A program made the position numbers and the translations under genes. A DNA stretch of 25,906 bases, from NCBI GenBank assembly GCA_016839945.1, contig JAEOTE010000030.1, positions 1 to 25,906 on the forward strand, in the 5' to 3' direction. This DNA is from Candidatus Heimdallarchaeota archaeon (lineage in GTDB: Archaea; Asgardarchaeota; Heimdallarchaeia; Heimdallarchaeales; Heimdallarchaeaceae). Of the stretch, positions 16,417 through 24,387 are shown in pieces. Every line of letters begins with the position of its first letter. Positions within the stretch are counted from its first letter, which is position 1. The notes beneath the pieces are model-generated. The model searched no databases, was not told the DNA's origin, and worked only from the letters and a program-made list of their open reading frames with translations.

Positions 16417-19119
16417 TCATATAATTCCTCCTTTATCCTCAAATACTGTGAAAACAATTCTATCTATTGTGGGAATTTGTTGCTGCAACTTCTTATAAGC
16501 AATTATGCCTGCAAAAAATAGTACACTACACAAAATAAAAATCTGACTAGCAAATAAAATAAAAGAATAAGGAAGAATTGCGAGTTTTATTTTCAGATAA
16601 TATTCTGGTTGTATAGTGGTAAGTACTATCGAAAGTAGGGATATACCTAATACAAATCCTAGAAATATATAACCCAAAGTAAAAAGAAAAACTGGAAGGA
16701 CTGAGTAAATTATACCTTTCTTAATGGACAATCCTCTAGCAAAAAATGTTCGAAAATTATTTATCTGATATTTAATAACATCCGAATAAAATCCATAGAA
16801 GAAGAAAACTAAACACATTATTATAATAGAAAAAAAAGATATAATTAATGTCTCTAAAACAGAAGGCAACCAGTACTCATCAGTAAAAAGGATTTTGTCA
16901 TCTACTTGAAAAATTTCGATTTCTAAATTCAGTTCTTTGTTTATGTTTTCTATAAAGTTCTTAAGAACTTGAATAGTACTATTATCTCTTAGCCAAAGAA
17001 TCTGATAAATCGAGCGAATATCTATTTCTGTTCTATTTTGTGTAATCTTTCTATTCAGTATTGCAAAGGGTTGTTCTTGGGAAATTCCTGAAAATAACGG
17101 TACAAACTCAACAACATCCAATAATGTTATGTTATACCAATCTTCCGGATAGAAACCAAAATCATCAGTTGTTGGAAGAGAAAGCTTTGTAGTTTCTCCT
17201 AATTGTACTGATGCAAGATCAGCATAAGCTTGGTTAATAATTGATTTATTGTAATCATTATTCAGTTCTTCTATTAATTGCTCAGATTCGTAAAAACCTG
17301 AATACTTCGTTTTAATAATCTCTTGACTGAAAAATTGTGTTATACTACTATTATTCAAAAGAAATATTCTGACTCCTCTGGAAATAGAAGTAGTTTCATC
17401 AATCATAAAATTCATTGATGAAACAACAAATTCAATTTCCAGTGAATGTTCTGTAAAATTAGCTAACTGAAATTTAACTAATTCTGCATTCTCTTCAGGG
17501 TAATGTATGATAATTTCACCAATTGAATTAAATTTATGATTAATGTCATTGTAATGGTTGATTGTGTCAAAACTTACTATAAAAAATGAAGAAACAAAAC
17601 CAAATAAGATTAACATCTGAATTATGAGAGAATTAACTCTAATTACTTTCTTTGATACTTTTAGAGTATGCTTGCTTATAGAAGAAAGATTGTTCAGAAG
17701 AGAAATGAGAATTTTCCCTATCCATACGATGGTTCTTCGTGAGATTACAAGAAGTAAGACTAGGAGAATTACTAGAGCATAAATAAATAAAAAGATTGCA
17801 CTTTGCTCAACTTCCTGAACACTAGTAAACAAAAAGAGACATAATCCTACAGCAAAAGTTATGCAAAGAACAATCCATTGCAACCCATTTTTGAATGCAA
17901 AAATAATTCTATTAAGCAAGAATTTTTCCTTTTTTTCGTTTCTTCTGTAAATAGCAGATAAACAATCTGTAGATACTATGTATTGCAAAGAACAATAACA
18001 GATAATACTTAAACAATTAACTAACACATTCAATCCATGATTATACGCAGATGATAATAATCGTGGTTGCATAATTCCCATAATGAGTGTAGATACAGAA
18101 AATCCAACCAATAAGGAATAAAAAGCTAATTTGGATTCAAGTTTGAGGAAATCTGAAAGAAAATCAACTCTTTTGCTTCCTCTTAAATAGTAAAATTCTA
18201 TTCGATCTTTCTGTGAACTGAAAAATCCCCTAGAAGTATTTGTTATAACAACTGCACAAAAACCAAAACCTATTATATAAAATACTGCAACGCGAGACCA
18301 AGTATATTCTTTGAAATTATCACTAAACTGGGAGAGCTTCCATTCTAATGAACTAGTTCTTAAGCGACTCTCATACGAATTAGTGCTATTATAAGAATAA
18401 GCAAAGTAAGCATCTATCTCAATTCTTTTCTCAACCAAGAAACCTTCCATTTGATGTGGCAAAAACGTATTTAAAGCTTCCTCGGAGAATTCGAACATTG
18501 GAAGATAATAAATAGTTAAATTTTCAAAAAAACTCCCAAACAAATTTTCAAAAGTTTCCGATAGAAGAAACATGTATTTTTCTCCTTCGGATTTAGACCA
18601 GCTACTTGAAATAACTCTACTAGTTAAGACATCTTCAAGTTCAATAAAATTTCCCACTTGAGTAGATACTGTTATATTATTGTTTACATAGCTGAAGTTC
18701 AGAAAAAAGTCTTGATTTAATTCAATATTTTCCAAAGCTGCAAATGATTCATCCATAAGAATTTCGTTATCTATAATAGTAGCTTTACTGTGCTCTAGAT
18801 AATAATCTTCCGGAGCCCAAAGTAATACGGTATCATAAGTACTTGAATTAATAATTAAATTACATCTTAAACGTCCAATATATGTTGCAGATTCAAGATT
18901 GTATTGGTTAAGAAAAGTGTTCATATCAAAATCAGTATCAAGCATTTTCAGCTCATCTTGGATTAAAAAAGAATAATCAGGAAAAGATTCCATCTTCAGG
19001 TTGTGAAAGTGCATATGATAATTATTGAAATGACTTGAATATACAATATAAGTAGTGACACTTGAGAATAGAAGAGGTAAGAATAAAAGAACCAATATTT
19101 TGACTTTATCCCATTTCAT
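16417..19119 (-). CDS. Divergent FtsX-like ABC transporter permease
   Basis: Multi-TM; degenerate coupling motifs RIEFYYLRGS and NFRTFFARGLS; VVEFVP motif; directly upstream of an ABC ATPase. The N-terminus may extend to 19168 through a +1 shift. Confidence 0.8.
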   Translation of the reverse strand: MKWDKVKILVLLFLPLLFSSVTTYIVYSSHFNNYHMHFHNLKMESFPDYSFLIQDELKMLDTDFDMNTFLNQYNLESATYIGRLRCNLIINSSTYDTVLLWAPEDYYLEHSKATIIDNEILMDESFAALENIELNQDFFLNFSYVNNNITVSTQVGNFIELEDVLTSRVISSSWSKSEGEKYMFLLSETFENLFGSFFENLTIYYLPMFEFSEEALNTFLPHQMEGFLVEKRIEIDAYFAYSYNSTNSYESRLRTSSLEWKLSQFSDNFKEYTWSRVAVFYIIGFGFCAVVITNTSRGFFSSQKDRIEFYYLRGSKRVDFLSDFLKLESKLAFYSLLVGFSVSTLIMGIMQPRLLSSAYNHGLNVLVNCLSIICYCSLQYIVSTDCLSAIYRRNEKKEKFLLNRIIFAFKNGLQWIVLCITFAVGLCLFLFTSVQEVEQSAIFLFIYALVILLVLLLVISRRTIVWIGKILISLLNNLSSISKHTLKVSKKVIRVNSLIIQMLILFGFVSSFFIVSFDTINHYNDINHKFNSIGEIIIHYPEENAELVKFQLANFTEHSLEIEFVVSSMNFMIDETTSISRGVRIFLLNNSSITQFFSQEIIKTKYSGFYESEQLIEELNNDYNKSIINQAYADLASVQLGETTKLSLPTTDDFGFYPEDWYNITLLDVVEFVPLFSGISQEQPFAILNRKITQNRTEIDIRSIYQILWLRDNSTIQVLKNFIENINKELNLEIEIFQVDDKILFTDEYWLPSVLETLIISFFSIIIMCLVFFFYGFYSDVIKYQINNFRTFFARGLSIKKGIIYSVLPVFLFTLGYIFLGFVLGISLLSIVLTTIQPEYYLKIKLAILPYSFILFASQIFILCSVLFFAGIIAYKKLQQQIPTIDRIVFTVFEDKGGII

Positions 19120-19123
19120 AGTT

Positions 19124-19168
19124 TCAAAGCTTTAGTTGGTAAATTAATACTTTAATATTTCTCCTCAT
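19124..19168 (-). other. 14-codon upstream ORF (MRRNIKVLIYQLKL*) ending in CTT-TGA; the permease ORF lies in its +1 frame
   Basis: AAGGAGGT-TAA-ATG at 19179-19166; ...CTA AAG CTT TGA AAC T ATG. Confidence 0.5.
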
Positions 19169-19216
19169 TTAACCTCCTTGGCTCTTTTTTCTCAATAAAC
19201 AACCGATGAGATTTTT

Positions 19217-22090
19217 TCATTGCTCTCCTTTCATGATTTTATCTAATGCATCTTTTGCTGCTTTCCTTGCATCTTTAGATACATCAACTTCACTCATTAT
19301 CTTAAGATTAAGTAATGCCTTTTTATCACCTATCATTCCAAGTGCAAATGCAGAACATCTTCTCAAATGTTCATTTTCATCTTTAAGACAACTTATAAGC
19401 GGATCTACAGCATTTTTACTTCCTATCTTTCCTAAAGCTGTTGCAATACACGCTTTGAATTCTACTTTAGGTCTTTCCAGAAGTTCTAGTAAAGGATTCA
19501 ATGCTTGTTTATCTCTAGTTTCTCCTAAAGCGAGAACTATATACTTGCATACATCATCGTCCTTCTCATTTTTTAATGATCTTAACAAATCCTTTACAGT
19601 TGATGTATCTTTTATTTTTCTCAATACATCTGCTGTGGTTAATCTAATCCATTTCTCTTCATGCTCTAAATTAGCAATGAGTAAGGAAAGATTTTGTTCT
19701 CCTATTTTCTGGAGAATATACATAGAGATTCTTACAGTCCATGGATCGAATTTCTCAAGATTTGCATTAATTAGGGGAAAAATATTCTCTCCCAAAGAAA
19801 CTAGCAACTCTGTTACTTCATCATCTTCTTCTCCTAATTCTAACAGAATACGCAAAGCTTCTTTTTGAACTAGAAAATCTTTATCCTCAAGAAGTTTGAG
19901 AAGAGAAGATATTGAAAACTCTTTGTCAATCCTTCGAAGAGCAGAAATAGCGCTTTTTCTTATGCTGGGTGATTCATCTTGATTCTTAAGTATGTCCCTT
20001 ATATAGGGGATAACTTCCTTTTCAGTTCCTTTCATACTAATCCATTCTAGGGCTTTTTTTCTTTCATTTTCATCACCTTCTTTAAGAAAGGAAAGTAAAG
20101 AGTGTGAATGTGGTTTTGTGTCTCTAAGTGCCTTGTCAATATTATAAAGCACAAAACCAAAAGTTCTATATAACTTCATGAAATATGCAAAAATCTCTTT
20201 GTTTTCCAAACATAGATTAAAAAGTTCTCTGAAGATAACTTCAACATCTTTTGAAACATGTGTTTCCGTTATATCAAACAATTCTTCTTGAATACTATAA
20301 AGTCGTAAATAAAGATCTCTCTCTTGAGATAGTCTAATAGAACTGGGAATATACTTAAACACAATTCTTAATTGTTCATAAAAATCCATATGTTGTTTAC
20401 TTTTTTCTATTTTAGCAAGAATATCCTGTTTAGCTTCAATATATTTTTCAAATTCAGAAGAACCATTAAATTCCATTTTCTTTCTAAACTTGTCAATAAA
20501 ATTATCTGCATGCATTACTGTAGAAACTTTCTGTACGGAACTCTTAATCTGATTAAGATTTACTTTTATACCAGAATTATCAAACAACCATTTAAGAGCA
20601 ATGAAAAATTCATTATGTAATTTCTTATAATAAACTCTTTTCTCTATTAATTTCTTCGTGATTTGAGAATCGTCAAATCGGGATAAAGAGTGTATCACAG
20701 TTGTTTCAAAATCAACTTCAAGTCTAGTTAATGAATTTAGTAAAGGATCTATTGTTTTTGAATCTTGCAAAATTCCAAATGCTTCTGCGATGCTACAATG
20801 GTTACTTTCGTCACTAGCAGTTTCACTTTCATAAACATCTATAAGATATTCAATATCTCTTCTACCTATGACTACTGCAATTGCTGTTGCTAAGTAATTC
20901 AATTGCTTTTCTTTTAGAAATATTTTTAATTCATTCATAAGATCTGGGGGATTAAGTCTTTCTAATGCGTAAAGAGCTAGTAAAACCTCTGTTTCAATAT
21001 TAGCTCCTCTCGAATATCTAATAAAATTAAAGAGAAATTCTATTGCTTCTTTGTTTCCTATTTCTTCGAGTCCATTTATTGCAAACTTAACTATATTCTC
21101 ATGAGAAACCTTTTCACCTTCAAAATTCCAAAAATTACGGACAATGTCAACTATACCTTTTGCATTATTGTTTTTAATATATTCAGATATTTTCTCTTCC
21201 AATTCTGTATCTACAAAAATGGTTTTAGCTTTATCTGAACCAAAATTCCATAATATACGTTTTATACTGTCCTTAATACCTTGTCTTAATTCTGTATCTA
21301 AAGAATAAATCAATGATTTTTCAATCTCTGGATTTTCTATATTTTGAGAAATCCAACTATCGCTAAAGACTTCTGAAAGCAACTCTTTCATTTTTGCAAA
21401 CCAAAATTTGTCAATATAAATAAAAGAATCAAGAAGTTGTGTTTTCTTCTTTTCTTCAAGAATTTTTTTATTAATGCTTGTTTCCTGTAATAATGCTTTT
21501 ATTTTATTGGAGAAGAATAGGTGAAATTTTTCATCTTTTTTACTAAGAGTTGTGAGTATTTTCTCTTTTGCATTTCCAGTTAAAATTTCTCCTAAAGCAT
21601 CTACAGCTCTCCATCTAACTTCATAATATTTATGATCTAGAGTTTGAAGTAAAGCTTTTTCTCCCTCTTCAATCATTCTTTTGACGAAGGCTTCGGCAAA
21701 CGCACCTTTTCCTTGAGAATCTTCATAAGAAATATTTTTGTAAAGAAAATCATCAGTATCAGGATCATTAAGCTCAACCAATGCTTTGATTACAATATCA
21801 TAAAATCTCGAAAGTCTTCTTTCTAATTTTTGTTCTTTTCTTTCCTCCAAGTAATCATAAAAAAACTTTTGTACTTCTTCTCCTTTTATATCCCTAAGCG
21901 TATGGAATATATTAGATATTGTTGTTTCGTTTCTTTCTTTTTTCAATGCGTTTATTAAATGCTTGGTTGCCTTTTTGTCTCCAATTTTTCTTAAAGCCCT
22001 AACTGCATCAAGACGTGTATCTACACTTTCACTTTTTAGCTCTTCAATAAGCTCATTGAAATCTTTTTTTCTGCTATTTTCCGAATTCAT
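19217..22090 (-). CDS. HEAT-repeat (PBS-lyase-like) alpha-solenoid protein
   Basis: Repeats such as TRLDAVRALRKIGD, VRWRAVDALGEI, IRKSAISALRRI, ATALGKIGS and LRRCSAFALGMIGD. Start set to ATG 22090; TATAAAT lies about 25 nt upstream. Confidence 0.9.
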   Translation of the reverse strand: MNSENSRKKDFNELIEELKSESVDTRLDAVRALRKIGDKKATKHLINALKKERNETTISNIFHTLRDIKGEEVQKFFYDYLEERKEQKLERRLSRFYDIVIKALVELNDPDTDDFLYKNISYEDSQGKGAFAEAFVKRMIEEGEKALLQTLDHKYYEVRWRAVDALGEILTGNAKEKILTTLSKKDEKFHLFFSNKIKALLQETSINKKILEEKKKTQLLDSFIYIDKFWFAKMKELLSEVFSDSWISQNIENPEIEKSLIYSLDTELRQGIKDSIKRILWNFGSDKAKTIFVDTELEEKISEYIKNNNAKGIVDIVRNFWNFEGEKVSHENIVKFAINGLEEIGNKEAIEFLFNFIRYSRGANIETEVLLALYALERLNPPDLMNELKIFLKEKQLNYLATAIAVVIGRRDIEYLIDVYESETASDESNHCSIAEAFGILQDSKTIDPLLNSLTRLEVDFETTVIHSLSRFDDSQITKKLIEKRVYYKKLHNEFFIALKWLFDNSGIKVNLNQIKSSVQKVSTVMHADNFIDKFRKKMEFNGSSEFEKYIEAKQDILAKIEKSKQHMDFYEQLRIVFKYIPSSIRLSQERDLYLRLYSIQEELFDITETHVSKDVEVIFRELFNLCLENKEIFAYFMKLYRTFGFVLYNIDKALRDTKPHSHSLLSFLKEGDENERKKALEWISMKGTEKEVIPYIRDILKNQDESPSIRKSAISALRRIDKEFSISSLLKLLEDKDFLVQKEALRILLELGEEDDEVTELLVSLGENIFPLINANLEKFDPWTVRISMYILQKIGEQNLSLLIANLEHEEKWIRLTTADVLRKIKDTSTVKDLLRSLKNEKDDDVCKYIVLALGETRDKQALNPLLELLERPKVEFKACIATALGKIGSKNAVDPLISCLKDENEHLRRCSAFALGMIGDKKALLNLKIMSEVDVSKDARKAAKDALDKIMKGEQ

Positions 22091-22481
22091 TCTACTCAGT
22101 TCAACAAGCAATTTATAGATAGTTTAAATTTCAAATTAATAATAGCATTGTAAAGCTTTTAAGAATTGTGTGGCAGAAATCTAGTAGATAATCCTCAAAT
22201 TCTTTATCTATTGAGAAGTTATCACCTTTGTTTTTGATAAACTGGTTACCTTTAAATAAAAAACACAGTTCAGGCTTAAAAGAAGGTCTAATGGGAGTTA
22301 TTTGGATCACTCTTGAAATTTTCCTAAGATATATAGGAAAGAGAATATAAAAGCGTTGAGAAAATAAAAAGTAAGTTCTAGCTCATTGTTTTGAAATTCC
22401 AGCATACATTAGAAGAGTACTACAGCGAATGAAAAATATTTGATGTACTGACACTATGAATTAGTTTTTAAAGAATTAAAG

Positions 22482-22540
22482 TCGGAATAAAGTTGAAAAT
22501 TCGAATAATTCGAACTTTTCGAAACATTTTAAAATACGAA
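22482..22540. repeat. Phased array of TTCGAA palindromes (9-bp period) abutting a TATA box
   Basis: TTCGAA at 22500, 22509 and 22518; degenerate TCGGAA at 22482 (in phase) and TACGAA at 22535; TTTTAAAATA at 22527-22536. Confidence 0.7.
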
Positions 22541-22591
22541 TACTTCAATAGTGTTGTGGATATTCTCCACGTAATTTCTCAGGTGTTCAAA

Positions 22592-23806
22592 ATGGATAAT
22601 TTAGAAAAGCTTGCTCTGGAAGCTTTTGAAAGAGGAAAGAAGGATTCTTATGTTCCTCAAGATCCTTTTATTTCCTTTGGCTTTGATAGTAATCCATTTT
22701 TAGAAACATCTATTGAAGATCTGAAACAAGAAACTTTTCTACAACCAAGGATCAGGAAGATATCTCATTATATTGGTAAAGTTTTTTCAAGTCATTTGGA
22801 AAAATCTAAAAAAAAGAAATCTAGTGATGAAAATCCTGTTCTTGATGGTGTTGTGTATTGTTCTAGTCAATCAGGAACCACAACCCTTATTGAACTAACC
22901 TATCAACTCCTCAAGGATCATTATAATCTCAATTTTGTGGATGCAAAAAATCTTGTTGTTTTTGAAAATAATCAGTATTCAATAACGAAAACGATTCAGA
23001 ATTTCAGAAATCTCTTAGGTGATCTTGAAATTGGAAGTGAATCACTTTCAGTTGTTATTATTGATCACTCTGATTTTCTTATAGATTTTTTTGAAGAATT
23101 TCGATTAGCATTTGAAAGAGATTTTCAAGATGTTTCTCTTATCTTTATTTTTTCACATTCAGGTTGGACTAGATTAAAGAGTAACCTTGCATTATCAAAC
23201 TATGATTTGTTCAATAAAATTATACAAAGTGTTCTGGTTGATCCACTTACAATCGATGAGATTAAAGAAATTCTCAAGATGAAACTTTCAATTGATGGTA
23301 GAATTCAGAAACCTTATACTGCATCTGTCATTTCAAAAATTGCTGAAATTTCTGGAGGGAGTATAAATAACGCTATAAAAATCTGTATTCGTCTTTGCGA
23401 GGAATGTTTCTATAATGGTCTAGATACTGCTTCTCAACATCTTGTTAACGATATTGGTTCTATATTAGGCATATCTTCCAACAAAGAATTCTATAATCTT
23501 GTTACTTTAAGAGACAACACTCAAACCAGAATTCTCTCCTTAATCTCAATGAAATCTATAGCTTTTGATTATGGTATCACATATGAGGAAGTAGTTGTAA
23601 ATTCAGATATTAAAGCTAAAACCTCTGCAACACATCATCTTAAGCAACTCCAAGAGAAGAAATTCATAACCAAAAAAACTGTTAACCGTAAAGCGTTTTA
23701 TAGACTTCGAGATGAATTAAGAACACTTGCAGACACTTATCTTCTACCAGGTTTTGAACAGGAAGAGATGTATGTTCAGTTAGAAAGTATTGCAGATTTA
23801 TTTTAA
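22592..23806 (+). CDS. Degenerate AAA+ ATPase (Cdc6/Orc1- or ExeA-like) with C-terminal winged helix
   Basis: FGFDSNPF; Walker A-like YCSSQSGTTT; Walker B-like VVIIDHSD; DPLTIDEIKEIL; lid IAEISGGSINNAIKIC; wHTH TSATHHLKQLQEKKFI...KAFYRL. AGGTG SD at 22581 supports ATG 22592. Confidence 0.8.
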   Translation: MDNLEKLALEAFERGKKDSYVPQDPFISFGFDSNPFLETSIEDLKQETFLQPRIRKISHYIGKVFSSHLEKSKKKKSSDENPVLDGVVYCSSQSGTTTLIELTYQLLKDHYNLNFVDAKNLVVFENNQYSITKTIQNFRNLLGDLEIGSESLSVVIIDHSDFLIDFFEEFRLAFERDFQDVSLIFIFSHSGWTRLKSNLALSNYDLFNKIIQSVLVDPLTIDEIKEILKMKLSIDGRIQKPYTASVISKIAEISGGSINNAIKICIRLCEECFYNGLDTASQHLVNDIGSILGISSNKEFYNLVTLRDNTQTRILSLISMKSIAFDYGITYEEVVVNSDIKAKTSATHHLKQLQEKKFITKKTVNRKAFYRLRDELRTLADTYLLPGFEQEEMYVQLESIADLF

Positions 23807-23817
23807 GATAAGCAAAA

Positions 23818-24342
23818 TTATTCAATTAAAAGCGTGTAATCTGCAGATTTTTTTAATGCAACACTAAATCCAGGTTCAAAGCCAACAACAGCTGTTTCTA
23901 TTCCTTTTTCCTTAAGTTTAATCAATATAGGATTAACTCTGGCATGCCTTGAGGCTAAAATAACCATATCAATTTGTTTTTCTTTTTGAATGACGTTCAT
24001 AGCTTCAATTGCCAATGAAATATGAATATCATGTACAGATACAATTGGTTCATATCCGCTATTTGTTATTGCTTTAATTAATTTCTGACTAGCAAATTCA
24101 TTTAGAACAACTTTCTTTATAGTTGCTTTTCCAAAATCTAGAATTTTGTTATCAATATCCTCTAATTTGATTTGCTTATCATTTGTTTTTCTTAGGAAGT
24201 TTGGTCCATCAACTAAAACTGCTAGTTTTTTTTCTCCAGTTAGCCTTCCTCTTAAAGCTTGAAGATATGAACTACTTAGAATTCTATCCGAAATTCTTTC
24301 GTATAATTTTCTTTCTTCTGCTGTTTCTTCTAAATCGTTCAT
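23818..24342 (-). CDS. NYN/PIN-domain protein, TIGR00288 (LabA/DUF88)-like, active site degenerate
   Basis: LVDGPNFLRK, KVVLNEFA, LAIEAM and VGFEPGFSVALKKSADY match the archaeal TIGR00288-type pattern. Confidence 0.88.
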   Translation of the reverse strand: MNDLEETAEERKLYERISDRILSSSYLQALRGRLTGEKKLAVLVDGPNFLRKTNDKQIKLEDIDNKILDFGKATIKKVVLNEFASQKLIKAITNSGYEPIVSVHDIHISLAIEAMNVIQKEKQIDMVILASRHARVNPILIKLKEKGIETAVVGFEPGFSVALKKSADYTLLIE

Positions 24343-24387
24343 CGTCTATCCCAAATATATAAAAAATATGAATAAGAGTTTGAAATC

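Noticed and set aside
16380-19166. 12-nt repeat ATATTTCTCCTC (16380 and 19155) flanking the permease as a target-site duplication
   Set aside because: Largely an SD-like purine motif on the minus strand; no transposase or terminal repeats are present.
19206-19868. 220-aa plus-strand ORF
   Set aside because: Antisense shadow of the HEAT-repeat gene, with Ser/Phe/Leu-rich mirror composition.
22397-22410. ORB-like TTCCAG upstream of the Cdc6-like gene
   Set aside because: Only 6 nt match; it lacks the GAAAC half-site and G-string.
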